64,000 nt of DNA from assembly GCA_963718235.1 (NCBI GenBank), contig CAVQYR010000001.1:1536001-1600000 (forward strand). Reading direction: 5' to 3'. This document shows, in pieces, positions 48,280-58,510 of this stretch. The notes under the pieces were generated by a model, which saw only the letters and a program-made list of their open reading frames with translations, made no database searches and was not told the DNA's origin. This DNA is from an uncultured Actinomycetota bacterium. Its GTDB lineage: Bacteria; Actinomycetota; Actinomycetes; JAHEKZ01. Within the stretch, counting starts at the first letter, position 1, and every line of letters begins with the position of its first letter. Both the position numbers and the translations under genes were made by a program.

Positions 48280-49851
48280 ATGGATCCGATCGCCGGAGAC
48301 GGGGTGGATCTCACGGCTCCGCCGGTGGCACTGGGGCACGTGATGCAGTCGGTGGGACTGGGCGATGGGCCCGACGTCATGGTCACCGGCGTCACCTTGG
48401 ACTCGCGGGCCGTGGAGCGCGGCATGCTCTTCGCGGCGCTGCCCGGCGCCCACCAGCACGGCGCGGCGTTCGCGGCCGAGGCTGCCGCGGCGGGCGCAGC
48501 GGCGATCCTCACCGACCGGGCCGGGGCCGCCCTGGTGGTCGACGCCGTCCCCGTCGTCGTCGTCGAGGACCCGCGTGCGGTGCTCGGTGCCCTGTCGGCC
48601 GCCGTGTACGGCTCCCCGGCCGACCACCTGCTCACCCTCGGGGTCACGGGGACCAACGGCAAGACGACGACCACCTGGCTGATCGAGGCGGCACTGCGGC
48701 AGGCCGGGCACGTGACCGGCCTCGTGGGGACGGTGGAGACCCAGGTGGCCGGCGTACCGCTGCCGAGTCTTCGCACGACCCCGGAGGCGCCGCAGCTGCA
48801 GGCGCTTCTGGCCACCATGCGTCGTTTCGCCGTCTCGGCCGTTGCGCTGGAGATCTCCAGCCACGCCCTGGCCGCCGGGAGGGTCGACGGGCTGACCGTC
48901 GACGTCGCCGGCTTCACCAACCTCGGCCGGGACCATCTGGACTTCCACGGGACCCCGCAGGCCTACGCGGCGGCCAAGCAGCTCCTGCTCACCCCCGACC
49001 ATGCCAGGCGGGCCGTCGTGACCGTCGACGACGAGGGCGGCCAGCGGGCGGCAGCCGGGTCGTCGGTCCCGACGACCACCCTGACCACGCACGACCCGGA
49101 GGGCTCCGACCGGCCCGGGTCGGGACCCACGACCCGATCGGGGGGGACCGACTGGAGGGTCACGAACGTGCTCGACCTCGGTCCTGCCCCCGGTTCCCGG
49201 TTCTCCCTGGCCGGACCCGACGACCGAACCCTCCAGCTGACGGTGAGACTCCCGGGTCGGTTCAACGTGGCGAACGCCGCGCTGGCCGCGGCCATGCTGC
49301 TGACCGCGGAGGTGCCGGAGGGCGCCGTCGTCGAAGGCATCGCCGGCTGCCGCGGGGTGCCCGGACGGATGGAGCCGGTGGACCGCGGGCAGCCGTTCAC
49401 CGCGGTCGTCGACTACGCCCACACGCCGGACGCCCTGGCTGCGGTGCTGGCCGGAGTCCGACGACCAGGGTCGGCCCGGGTGCTGCTGGTCGTGGGCTGC
49501 GGGGGAGACCGCGACGCGGCCAAACGCCCGGAGATGGGTGCCGTGGCCGCCCGTCGGGCCGACTGGGTGGTCGTGACCGACGACAACCCCCGCTCAGAGG
49601 ACCCGGCGTCGATCCGCGCGGCCGTGCTGGCCGGTGCCCGGGCCGCCGCGACCTCGGCCACCGTCATCGAGATCGGCGACCGTGCCTCGGCGATCGCCGC
49701 AGCCGTCGAGGAGGCCAGGGCCGGCGACACCGTGGTGGTCGCGGGCAAGGGGCATGAGCAGGGTCAGGAGGTCGCGGGTGCGATGCTGCCCTTCGACGAC
49801 CGCACGGCCCTGTCGGCCGCGCTCGAGGCCCGAGGGGTGGAATCCCGTTGA
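48280..49851 (+). CDS. murE: UDP-MurNAc-tripeptide synthetase (DAP-type DNPR motif)
   Basis: GVTGTNGKTT, TTPE, DHLDFH, DYAHTPD, DDNPRSE, AGKGHE. Confidence 0.95.
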   Translation: MDPIAGDGVDLTAPPVALGHVMQSVGLGDGPDVMVTGVTLDSRAVERGMLFAALPGAHQHGAAFAAEAAAAGAAAILTDRAGAALVVDAVPVVVVEDPRAVLGALSAAVYGSPADHLLTLGVTGTNGKTTTTWLIEAALRQAGHVTGLVGTVETQVAGVPLPSLRTTPEAPQLQALLATMRRFAVSAVALEISSHALAAGRVDGLTVDVAGFTNLGRDHLDFHGTPQAYAAAKQLLLTPDHARRAVVTVDDEGGQRAAAGSSVPTTTLTTHDPEGSDRPGSGPTTRSGGTDWRVTNVLDLGPAPGSRFSLAGPDDRTLQLTVRLPGRFNVANAALAAAMLLTAEVPEGAVVEGIAGCRGVPGRMEPVDRGQPFTAVVDYAHTPDALAAVLAGVRRPGSARVLLVVGCGGDRDAAKRPEMGAVAARRADWVVVTDDNPRSEDPASIRAAVLAGARAAATSATVIEIGDRASAIAAAVEEARAGDTVVVAGKGHEQGQEVAGAMLPFDDRTALSAALEARGVESR

Positions 49852-51239
49852 TCGCCATGACGCTGGGCGAGGTCGCGGCCGCCGTGGAGGGTCGCCTCGG
49901 TGGCGGCGCGGTGCCCGCCACGGTGGTGTCCGGCTCGGTCGCCGCGGACTCGCGCCGGATTGGTCCCGGGGACCTGTTCGTGGCGCTGTCCGGTCAGCAG
50001 GTCGACGGTCACGACTTCGCCCGCGACGCCGTCGGGTCGGGGGCCGTCGCTGTTCTCGCCGACCGTGAGCTGCTCGTCCCCTGCGTCGTCGTCGAGGACG
50101 TCCTGGCCGCGCTCGGGCGTCTCGCGCGCGCCGTTCTCGACCGGTTGCCCGACGTGGTCGTGATCGGCATCACCGGGTCGGCCGGGAAGACGTCGACGAA
50201 GGACCTGCTCGCCCAGGTTCTGCAGGGCCACGGACCCACCATCGCGCCGCCCGGTTCGTTCAACAACGAGCTGGGGCTCCCGCTCACCGTGCTCCGCGCC
50301 GACGGGAGCACCCGCTTCCTGGTCCTGGAGATGGGGGCCCGTGGCGCCCGACACATCTCCTACCTGTGCGACATCGCGCCGCCCTCCATCGGCGTCGAGC
50401 TGCTCGTCGGGTCGGCTCATGTGGGGGAGTTCGGTGGGCGTGCGGCGATCGCGGCGGCGAAGGCCGAGCTCGTCCAGGCGCTGCCCGCCGGCGGGGTGGC
50501 CGCGCTCAACGTCGACGACGACGCCGTCAAGGCGATGGCGTCACTGACCGAGGCGACGGTCGTCGGGTTCGGCCGGTCGCCGGAGGCACAGGTCGGCGCC
50601 GACCGGGTGGGCAGCGACGGCATGGGACGGGCAACCTTCCGGCTGCGTACTCCAGCCGGTGCGGCAGAGGTCCGGCTGCGTCTGGTGGGCGAGCATCACG
50701 TCACGAACGCGCTGGCTGCTGCGGCGGTGGCCTGGAGCCTGGGGATCAGCGCCGAGGACACGGCCCAGGCATTGAGCGCTGCGGTGCCGCTGAGCCGATG
50801 GCGGATGGAGGTGACGAGGCGCACCGACGGTGTCGTCGTCGTCAACGATGCCTACAACGCGAGTCCGGAGTCGGTGCGGGCGGCGCTGAAGACGTTGGCC
50901 CAGCTGCGTGGCGACGGTCGTACGTGGGCCGTGCTGGGTGAGATGAGGGAGCTGGGCACGGACTCGCTCGGCGAGCACGACGCGATCGGCCGCCTCGTCG
51001 TGCGACTCGACATCTCCCGCCTGGTCGTGGTCGGTGAGGCGGCCAAGCCGATCCACCTCGCCGCGCAGATGGAGGGGTCGTGGGGTGAGGAGTCAGTCTT
51101 CGTCGACGACGTCCAGGGTGCGATCGACCTCCTGCGTCGGGAGCTTCGCCCCGGTGACGTGGTGCTCGTCAAGGCCGCCCGCGCAGTTGGCCTGGAACGG
51201 GTGGCCGAGGCGCTGCTCGACGAAGGAGCGGCCGCATGA
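49848..51239 (+). CDS. murF: UDP-MurNAc-tripeptide:D-Ala-D-Ala ligase
   Basis: ITGSAGKTSTK, NNELGLP, LEMG, NDAYNASPES, GEMRELG. Confidence 0.95.
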   Translation: MIAMTLGEVAAAVEGRLGGGAVPATVVSGSVAADSRRIGPGDLFVALSGQQVDGHDFARDAVGSGAVAVLADRELLVPCVVVEDVLAALGRLARAVLDRLPDVVVIGITGSAGKTSTKDLLAQVLQGHGPTIAPPGSFNNELGLPLTVLRADGSTRFLVLEMGARGARHISYLCDIAPPSIGVELLVGSAHVGEFGGRAAIAAAKAELVQALPAGGVAALNVDDDAVKAMASLTEATVVGFGRSPEAQVGADRVGSDGMGRATFRLRTPAGAAEVRLRLVGEHHVTNALAAAAVAWSLGISAEDTAQALSAAVPLSRWRMEVTRRTDGVVVVNDAYNASPESVRAALKTLAQLRGDGRTWAVLGEMRELGTDSLGEHDAIGRLVVRLDISRLVVVGEAAKPIHLAAQMEGSWGEESVFVDDVQGAIDLLRRELRPGDVVLVKAARAVGLERVAEALLDEGAAA

Positions 51240-52318
51240 AGATGGTGATGGTCGCCATCGCGACCGGGTTGGCGGTCGGGCTGTTCGTCACGCCCTTGTG
51301 GATCCGATGGCTGAACGCGCGAGGCTACGCACAGAGCATCCGGGACGCCGAGGACCTCGGCTACGCGGTGCCGGACCACGCGGCGAAGAAGGGCACCCCG
51401 TCGATGGGGGGAGTCGTCATCGTGGGAGGTGCGATCCTCGGTTACACCGTGGCCCACGTGTACGCGATGAGCGGACCCAGCGCCACCGCCCTGCTCGTGA
51501 TCTTCCTGGCCACCGGACTTGCGGCAGTCGGTTTCGCCGACGACTACATCAAGATCTTCCGAAGGCGCTCGACCGGGCTGCGGGCCAAGACCAAGCTGAT
51601 CGGCCAGGCGGCGGTCGCACTGACCTTCGCCGTGCTGGTGCTCCGCTTCCCCGACACCTCGGGGCTCACTCCTGCCACCCAGTACGTGTCGTTCCTGAGG
51701 GACACGGCGATCTTCTTGCCCATGGTGGTGTACCTCGTCTGGATCTGGTTCATGGTCTCGGCGACGTCCAACGCGGTGAACATCACCGACGGGCTCGACG
51801 GACTGGCGCCAGGGGCCAGCTCCCTCATCTTCGTGGCGTACACCGCTGTGGGGCTCTGGCAGTACGGGAACACATGCATCCGGTTCGAGACCGCGAGCTG
51901 CTACCTGGTACGCAACCCCCTGGATGTCGCGATCGTCAGCGCGGCGTTCGCCGGCGCGTGCGTCGGCTTCCTGTGGTGGAACACCTCACCGGCTCAGATC
52001 TTCATGGGAGACACCGGATCCCTCGCGATCGGTGGCGCCCTGGCTGGCATCGCGATCACCAGCCAGACCGAGCTGCTGCTGCCACTCCTGGCGGGGTTGT
52101 TCGTGGTCATCACGCTGTCGGTGATCGTGCAGGTCATCTCCTTCAAGACCACCGGCAAGCGGGTCTTCCTGATGTCCCCGCTGCACCACCACTTCGAGCT
52201 GAAGGGCTGGCCGGAGACCACCATTGTCGTGCGCTTCTGGATCATCTCGGCGCTGTTCACGGGGATCGGGTTCGCCCTGTTCTATGCCGACTGGCTCGGA
52301 GTGCGCTGGTTCGCGTGA
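51236..52318 (+). CDS. mraY: Phospho-MurNAc-pentapeptide transferase
   Basis: KKGTPSMGG, DDYIK, NAVNITDGLDGL, FMGDTGS, PLHHHFE. Confidence 0.96.
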   Translation: MKMVMVAIATGLAVGLFVTPLWIRWLNARGYAQSIRDAEDLGYAVPDHAAKKGTPSMGGVVIVGGAILGYTVAHVYAMSGPSATALLVIFLATGLAAVGFADDYIKIFRRRSTGLRAKTKLIGQAAVALTFAVLVLRFPDTSGLTPATQYVSFLRDTAIFLPMVVYLVWIWFMVSATSNAVNITDGLDGLAPGASSLIFVAYTAVGLWQYGNTCIRFETASCYLVRNPLDVAIVSAAFAGACVGFLWWNTSPAQIFMGDTGSLAIGGALAGIAITSQTELLLPLLAGLFVVITLSVIVQVISFKTTGKRVFLMSPLHHHFELKGWPETTIVVRFWIISALFTGIGFALFYADWLGVRWFA

Positions 52319-52345
52319 CCTCCCAAGCTGTGGCCCGGTGAGCAG

Positions 52346-53800
52346 ATGAGGGACCTCTCATGGCTGCCCACAGCCGACCGGACCAGTCCGTGGCCGTCGG
52401 CACGGGTGCTCGTTGCGGGGGCGGGTCGCTCCGGTGAGGCTGCGGCGCGCGCGCTGGTGACGCTCGGTGCCGAGGTGCTCGTCGTCGACGACGGCACCGG
52501 CGAGCGCCAGCAGCAGGTGGCGCGACAGCTGGAGGACCTCGGCGCGGCCGTGCTGCTGGCCGCCGGTCCGCCGAACCTGTCCGACCTGGATCTCGTCGTG
52601 GCCTCACCTGGTCTCTCGCCACGGAACCCGTTGCTCGTCCAGGCGCAGGCATCCGGCGTCCGGGTCTGGAGCGGGGAGCGGCTGGCCTGGCACGTGCGCC
52701 CCGAAGGGTCCGCCTGGCTGGCGCTGACCGGGACCAACGGGAAGACGACGACGGTGATGATGCTGGAGTCGATGCTGCTGGCCTCAGGTGAACGGGCTGC
52801 GGCGGTTGGGAACATCGGGCGCCCGCTGGTCGAGGCCGTGATGGCCGAGCCGGGGTACTCGGTGCTGGCGGTCGAGCTGTCCAGCTTCCAGCTGCACTAC
52901 ACGGCCGATCTTCAGACCGAGGCGGCCGCGCTGCTCAACCTCGGCGTCGACCATGTGGACTGGCACGGGTCCTACGCGGCCTACGTGCGTGACAAGGCGC
53001 GGATCTTCACCGGAGCGCAGCGGGCCGTCGTCTACAACGCCGGTGATGGCGAGACCGAGCGACTGGCCGACGCCGCGGAGGTCGCCAGCGGCTGTCGAAG
53101 GGTGGGCTTCACCACGGATGTCCCGGCGGCGGGCATGGTCGGCGTGGTCGACGGGGTGGTCGTCGATCGTGCGTTCGGCGTCGACCCGCAGGTCGAACCG
53201 GTCGAGCCCGTCGAGCTGGCCGCGCTGCAGGACATCGACCTACCGGGGGCCCACAACCTGGAGAACGCTCTGGCAGCAGCCTCGCTGGCGCGGGCGCACG
53301 GTGTCCGGCCGGCCGCCGTCCGCGACGGTCTGCGTGGGTTCCGTCCGGCCCCCCACCGGGCGCAGTGGGTGGCCACGCGACGCGGTGTCTCCTACGTGGA
53401 CGACTCCAAGGCCACCAACGTCGATGCGGCGCTCGTCTCGCTCCAGGCTCATCGTTCCGTGGTCTGGGTCGCCGGCGGTCTGGCCAAGGGGGCGACCTTC
53501 GACGACCTCGTGCGCCGGACGTCGGACCGGCTGCGTGGGGCCGTGCTGGTCGGACAGGACCGCGCGCTCGTCAGGGACGCACTGAGCCGACACGCGCCAC
53601 AGGTCCCCGTGATCGAGGTCGTCGGCGGCGAGACTGGTCTCATGGACGACGTCGTGAGCGCCGCCGCGAGCCTGGCCGTGCCCGGCGACACGGTGCTGCT
53701 CGCCCCTGGCTGCGCCTCCATGGACCTGTTCCCCGACTACGCGGCCCGCGGCGATGCCTTCGCCGCGTCGGTGCGCCGCATGCCCGAGGGCGAACGGTGA
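52346..53800 (+). CDS. murD: UDP-MurNAc-L-Ala:D-Glu ligase
   Basis: TGTNGKTT, GNIG, ELSSFQL, DDSKATN, LLAPGCASMD. Confidence 0.95.
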   Translation: MRDLSWLPTADRTSPWPSARVLVAGAGRSGEAAARALVTLGAEVLVVDDGTGERQQQVARQLEDLGAAVLLAAGPPNLSDLDLVVASPGLSPRNPLLVQAQASGVRVWSGERLAWHVRPEGSAWLALTGTNGKTTTVMMLESMLLASGERAAAVGNIGRPLVEAVMAEPGYSVLAVELSSFQLHYTADLQTEAAALLNLGVDHVDWHGSYAAYVRDKARIFTGAQRAVVYNAGDGETERLADAAEVASGCRRVGFTTDVPAAGMVGVVDGVVVDRAFGVDPQVEPVEPVELAALQDIDLPGAHNLENALAAASLARAHGVRPAAVRDGLRGFRPAPHRAQWVATRRGVSYVDDSKATNVDAALVSLQAHRSVVWVAGGLAKGATFDDLVRRTSDRLRGAVLVGQDRALVRDALSRHAPQVPVIEVVGGETGLMDDVVSAAASLAVPGDTVLLAPGCASMDLFPDYAARGDAFAASVRRMPEGER

Positions 53801-55050
53801 GCCGCACGACGTCCGCGCGCGACATCCACACCCGTCGGGCCGAAGGACTGGGCGGCCTTCGGGACCGGGTCATGTACGTCGTGGAACGGCCGCTGACGCC
53901 GTACTACCTCGTCCTGGGCTCGACCGTGCTGCTGGTGATGCTCGGGCTCGTGATGGTGATGTCTGCCTCCAGCGTCGAGTCCTTCGTCGACAGCGGGTCG
54001 TCCTTCGCGATCGCGCAGAAGCAGGCGCTGTGGGTCGTCATCGGCATCCCGCTGTTCGTCGTCGCCACCCGGATGCCCGTGAAGTTCTGGCGGTCTCTGG
54101 CCATCCCCGGCCTGCTCGTCACGATCGTCTTGCTCGTCCTGGTGCTGGTCCCCGGGATCGGGGTCAGCGTGAACGGCAACCAGAACTGGATCGACTTCGG
54201 TGGGCCCTTCCGGATCCAGCCGGCGGAGGCGGCCAAGCTCGCCCTGGTTCTGTGGGGTGCCGACCTGCTCACCCGCAAGCAGCGTCTGCTGACCCAGACC
54301 CGGCACCTGCTGGTGCCGCTGGTCCCGGTCTCGGCGATGGTCGTGGCTCTGGTGCTTCTCGGGGGAGACCTCGGTACGTCGCTGATCCTGATGGCCGTCG
54401 TAGCCGGACTGCTCTTCGTCTCGGGCGCGCCACTGCGCATCTTCGTGGCACTCGGCAGCGCCGCCATGGTCGTGGTGCTCTACATGACGTTCGAGCGAAG
54501 CGCGCGGCTGTCGCGGCTCCAGACGTTCCTGGACCCGTTCGCCGACTACCAGGGTGCCGGTTGGCAGCCGGCCCACAGCCTGTTCGCCTTGGCCTCGGGT
54601 GGCTGGTGGGGCGTCGGGCTCGGGGCGAGTCGGCAGAAGTGGGGCACGCTCCCGGAGGCCCACACCGACTTCATCTTCGCGATCATCGGTGAGGAGCTCG
54701 GGCTCGCCGGCACGATCACCGTCCTGCTTCTGTTCGCGGCGATGCTGTTCGGCGCGGTGCGGATCGCCCTGACCACTACCGACACCTTCACCCGCTACGC
54801 CGCCGGCACGGTCGTGGTGTGGCTGGCCGTGCAGACGATCATCAACGTCGGTGGGGTCGTCAACCTGCTGCCGATCACGGGGGTGCCGCTGCCTCTCGTC
54901 TCCTACGGGGGTTCAGCCCTGCTCCCGACCATGCTGGCTCTGGGCATGCTCCTGTCGTTCGCCCGCAGTCTTCCGGGCGCCCGGGAGGCCCTCGCGGCCC
55001 GCCGCCACGGTTGGATCGTCGGGCTCGCCCGACGAGGCCGTGGACGATGA
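53797..55050 (+). CDS. ftsW: SEDS peptidoglycan polymerase FtsW
   Basis: SAS, QPAEAAK, GDLGT, LPEAHTDFIFAIIGEELG, PLVSYGGS. Confidence 0.95.
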   Translation: MSRTTSARDIHTRRAEGLGGLRDRVMYVVERPLTPYYLVLGSTVLLVMLGLVMVMSASSVESFVDSGSSFAIAQKQALWVVIGIPLFVVATRMPVKFWRSLAIPGLLVTIVLLVLVLVPGIGVSVNGNQNWIDFGGPFRIQPAEAAKLALVLWGADLLTRKQRLLTQTRHLLVPLVPVSAMVVALVLLGGDLGTSLILMAVVAGLLFVSGAPLRIFVALGSAAMVVVLYMTFERSARLSRLQTFLDPFADYQGAGWQPAHSLFALASGGWWGVGLGASRQKWGTLPEAHTDFIFAIIGEELGLAGTITVLLLFAAMLFGAVRIALTTTDTFTRYAAGTVVVWLAVQTIINVGGVVNLLPITGVPLPLVSYGGSALLPTMLALGMLLSFARSLPGAREALAARRHGWIVGLARRGRGR

Positions 55051-56186
55051 GCCCGACGGCTGCCGCCGGACCACGCAGCGTGGTCCTGGCCGCCGGTGGC
55101 ACGGCGGGGCATCTCGAGCCGGCCCTCGCCGTTGCTGACGAGCTGCGACGTCGGGACCAGGCGGTCGTCGTGACGGTGCTCGGGACGACCAAGGGGCTGG
55201 AGGCCCGCCTGGTGCCGGCCCGCGGGTACGACCTGCGACTGATCGAGCCCGTCCCGCTGCCGCGTCGTCCCGGTCGCGCGATGCTGACCCTGCCCGTGCG
55301 CCTGGCGAAGGCGGTTCGAGGGGCGCAACAGGTGATCACGTCGACCGGCGCCGATGTGGTGGTGGGCTTCGGTGGGTACGCCTCGCTCCCGGCCTACCTG
55401 GCTGCGCGCCGGCTCGGTCGACCGATCGTGGTCCACGAGGCCAACGCGCGGTCCGGGATCGCCAACCGGGTCGGTGCCCGGCTCACCCGGTATGTCGCGG
55501 TGAGCATGCCGGGCACCGGGCTGCCGCACGCCCGCATGGTGGGCACACCGCTCAAACCGGAGATCGCCACGCTCGACCGGGACGCCGTTCGGCTGGACGC
55601 CCGCCGAGCGCTGGGGCTGGATGCGACCCGCCCGACGTTGCTGGTGTTCGGCGGGTCACAGGGAGCACAGCGGATCAACGACGCCGTGTCCGGCGCCGCT
55701 CGTGACCTGCTCGACGCTGGATGCCAGGTGCTCCACGCCGCAGGGCCCGAGAACACGCTGGTCGTCGACGTCCGGCCCGGTGACCCGCCGTACGTGGTCG
55801 TCCCCTACCTGGACCGGATGGACCTCGCCTACGCCGCAGCCGACCTGGTGCTTGCTCGATCAGGGGCGATGACCTGCACCGAGGTGGCGGCGGTTGGTCT
55901 TCCCGCTGTGTTCGTCCCCTACCCGTTCAGCAACGGAGAGCAGGAGCTGAACGCCGCGCCTCTCGTCGAACGTGGCGGTGCCCTGCTCGTCGACGACGCC
56001 GCGTTGACCCCGGCGTGGCTGGGCGACCACGTGCTGACGCTGCTCACCGACCGGGCCCGACTGCACGCCATGGCGGCCGCCGCCGCGACCTCGGCCCCCG
56101 CCGACGCCGCCGGGCTGCTGGTCGACCTGATCGACGAGGCCGCCGCCGATCCAGCTGCAGGCGCGCAGGTACGACATGGGCGCTGA
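55047..56186 (+). CDS. murG: Lipid II GlcNAc transferase
   Basis: GGTAGH, GFGGY, HEAN, GGSQGA, RSGAMT, Q..NA. Confidence 0.95.
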   Translation: MSPTAAAGPRSVVLAAGGTAGHLEPALAVADELRRRDQAVVVTVLGTTKGLEARLVPARGYDLRLIEPVPLPRRPGRAMLTLPVRLAKAVRGAQQVITSTGADVVVGFGGYASLPAYLAARRLGRPIVVHEANARSGIANRVGARLTRYVAVSMPGTGLPHARMVGTPLKPEIATLDRDAVRLDARRALGLDATRPTLLVFGGSQGAQRINDAVSGAARDLLDAGCQVLHAAGPENTLVVDVRPGDPPYVVVPYLDRMDLAYAAADLVLARSGAMTCTEVAAVGLPAVFVPYPFSNGEQELNAAPLVERGGALLVDDAALTPAWLGDHVLTLLTDRARLHAMAAAAATSAPADAAGLLVDLIDEAAADPAAGAQVRHGR

Positions 56187-57576
56187 CCGACTTCCCGAGC
56201 TCGGCCGGGTCCATGTCATCGGGATCGGAGGTGCGGGCATGTCGGCGCTGGGCCGGCTGTTCGCCGCCCGCGGTGTCGAGCTGTCCGGAAGCGAGCTGCG
56301 TGACTCACGGGTGCTCGCCCCCCTGCGTGCACTGGGTGTCGCGATCCACCTCGAGCAGACCGCCACGTCACTGGGCGACGTCGACACGGTCGTGGTGTCG
56401 ACGGCGATTCCGGCGCGCAACCCAGAGCTCGTCGCTGCGCACGAGCGCGGAATCCCGGTGCTCCATCGGGCGCAGGCCCTCGCCTACGCGATGGCCGGTC
56501 ACGCGGCCGTCGTGGTAGCGGGCACGCACGGCAAGACGACCACGACCTCGATGCTCGCGGTGGTACTCCAGCACTGCGGGTCGGACCCGTCGTTCTACAT
56601 CGGAGCGCAGATGAACGAGACCGGGACGAATGCCCACGCCGGCAGCGGTCCGTACTTCCTCGCCGAGGCCGACGAGAGCGACGGGTCGTTCCTGGCGCTC
56701 GCGCCCGACGTCGCGGTGGTCACGAATGTCGAGGCCGACCATCTGGACTACTACGGAACGGCCGAGGGTGTCGAGGCGGCCTTTCGGTCGTTCGTCGACC
56801 GGACCGCCGTGGAGGGGACTGTCGTCTGCTGCGCCGACGACCCCGGAGCCGTCCGACTGGCGGACTACGCACGGACGCTGGGTCGGGAGGTGGTCACCTA
56901 CGGTGAGGACCCCTCGGCGGACCTGCGGGTCGAGGCCCTGTCCGTGGCGGTCGGCGGTACCTCGTTCGAAGCGGTCTTCCGCGGCCGCAGGCTCGGCACG
57001 GTGAACCTGCGCGTGCACGGTCTGCACCACGCACTCAACGCCGGCGCGGCTCTGCTGACCTCGCTCACGTTGGGCTTCCCTCCGCGCGAGATCTGCGAAG
57101 GCCTCGGCCTGTACACCGGTGCTCGTCGGCGGTTCGAGTTCAAGGGTGCGGCGGGTGGGATCAGCGTCTACGACGACTACGCCCACCACCACACCGAGCT
57201 TCGGGCCACGCTCACCGCTGCCCGGCAGCTCGTCGGTGACGGGCGGCTCGTGGTCGCCTTCCAGCCGTTGCGGTTCTCCCGCACCGCGGTCTTCCACCAA
57301 GAGCTGGGGGAGGCGCTCGGGCTGGCCGACGACGTGGTGGTGATGGAGGTGTTCGGCAGCAACGAGTCGCCGATCCCTGGGGCCACGGGGGCACTCGTCG
57401 CGGCCTCGGTTCCGCTGCCCGCTGAGCACGTGCACTTCGAGCCCTCCCTGTCCGCGGTCGCGACCTGGCTCGCCGATCGGGCCCGCCCGGGCGACCTGGT
57501 GCTGACGCTGGGCGACGGTGAGGTGACCATGCTGGGGCCCGAGGTCGTCGAGGTGCTGAGGGCGAGGGCGTCATGA
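56176..57576 (+). CDS. murC: UDP-MurNAc:L-Ala ligase
   Basis: GIGGAGMS, AGTHGKTTTTS, EADESDGSF, RRFE, DDYAHH. Confidence 0.95.
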   Translation: MGADRLPELGRVHVIGIGGAGMSALGRLFAARGVELSGSELRDSRVLAPLRALGVAIHLEQTATSLGDVDTVVVSTAIPARNPELVAAHERGIPVLHRAQALAYAMAGHAAVVVAGTHGKTTTTSMLAVVLQHCGSDPSFYIGAQMNETGTNAHAGSGPYFLAEADESDGSFLALAPDVAVVTNVEADHLDYYGTAEGVEAAFRSFVDRTAVEGTVVCCADDPGAVRLADYARTLGREVVTYGEDPSADLRVEALSVAVGGTSFEAVFRGRRLGTVNLRVHGLHHALNAGAALLTSLTLGFPPREICEGLGLYTGARRRFEFKGAAGGISVYDDYAHHHTELRATLTAARQLVGDGRLVVAFQPLRFSRTAVFHQELGEALGLADDVVVMEVFGSNESPIPGATGALVAASVPLPAEHVHFEPSLSAVATWLADRARPGDLVLTLGDGEVTMLGPEVVEVLRARAS

Positions 57577-58307
57577 CGTCGTTGCTGACCAAGCTGGAGG
57601 CGCCCGCATCGGCCGCCCGGAGGTTGCGCCACCACCGGTGGTGGCCACTTCTCGCGGGGGCCGCGCTGCTCGTGGTCGTGCTCATCCTGGCCTGGGTCGT
57701 CTTCTGGTCGCCTTTGCTCGTCGTGCGACAGGTGGTGGTCGACGGCTCGTCCACGGTGGCGACCGATCGGGTCCTGCGCGTCGCCGGTCTGAGCGAGGGG
57801 ATGCCGCTCGCCCAGGTCGACACCGGGGCCATCCAACGACGGCTCACCGCGCTGGACGAGATCGCCTCGGTGGATGTCACGCGGTCGTGGTCAGGCACGG
57901 TCACGGTGCAGGTCCACGAGACCAAGCCGATCGCCGCGATGCGCGACCGCGACGGGTTCGTCCTCGTCGCAGCGGACGGAACGTGGCTGCGCAACGTCCC
58001 GCAGCGTCCGGACGTTCTTCCGCTGGTCGACCACGGCGCGTCCGACCTCGAGCTCGACCCGTCGGGCCGGGCGGCCCTGGCCGTGGCCACCGCGTTCCCG
58101 ACGGACCTGCGCCGTCTGGTCGACCGGGTGTTCGCCTCGTCGGCCAGTGACGTGACCGTGCTGCTGCGCAACGGCACGAGGGTGACCTGGGGGAGGGCGG
58201 ACGACTCCGCGACCAAGGCGCAGACGGTGCTGCTGCTCCTGGCCAGCGAGAAGGGTGCGTCGTCCTACGACGTCGCGGCGCCGAGCAACCCGGGAGTCGT
58301 GCGCTGA
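57573..58307 (+). CDS. ftsQ: Cell division protein FtsQ
   Basis: TM helix, POTRA domain, V.WG...S..K; located before ftsZ. Confidence 0.88.
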   Translation: MTSLLTKLEAPASAARRLRHHRWWPLLAGAALLVVVLILAWVVFWSPLLVVRQVVVDGSSTVATDRVLRVAGLSEGMPLAQVDTGAIQRRLTALDEIASVDVTRSWSGTVTVQVHETKPIAAMRDRDGFVLVAADGTWLRNVPQRPDVLPLVDHGASDLELDPSGRAALAVATAFPTDLRRLVDRVFASSASDVTVLLRNGTRVTWGRADDSATKAQTVLLLLASEKGASSYDVAAPSNPGVVR

Positions 58308-58372
58308 CTCGGCCGACTGGTCCGGGTTGACCCCTCTCGGCGCGGTGTCCTACTGTGCACCCAGCCCTCAGG

Positions 58373-58410
58373 TTGACATAACTATTTACCTCTACCTGAG
58401 AGTGAGAGTT
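58373..58410 (+). promoter_or_regulatory. ftsZ promoter with TTGACA and adjacent imperfect inverted repeat (possible regulator site)
   Basis: TTGACA 58373-58378 followed by AACTATTTACCTC-TACCT-GAGAGTGAGAGTT. Confidence 0.55.
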
Positions 58411-58446
58411 CCTGCTGGCGCGACACCCCGGGCGGGAGTCGCCGAG

Positions 58447-58485
58447 CCAGTCCTGAGCACCAGTCCTGAACACCAGTCGTGAACC
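58447..58485 (+). repeat. 13-bp tandem repeat x3 in the ftsZ 5' region
   Basis: CCAGTCCTGAGCA / CCAGTCCTGAACA / CCAGTCGTGAACC. Confidence 0.8.
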
Positions 58486-58510
58486 CGCACAGACGAGAAG
58501 AGGCGTCCCC

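Noticed and set aside
57170-57285. MurC motif variants (HHHTE, FQPLRFSRT)
   Set aside because: Single substitutions in an otherwise intact gene; no evidence of changed function from sequence alone
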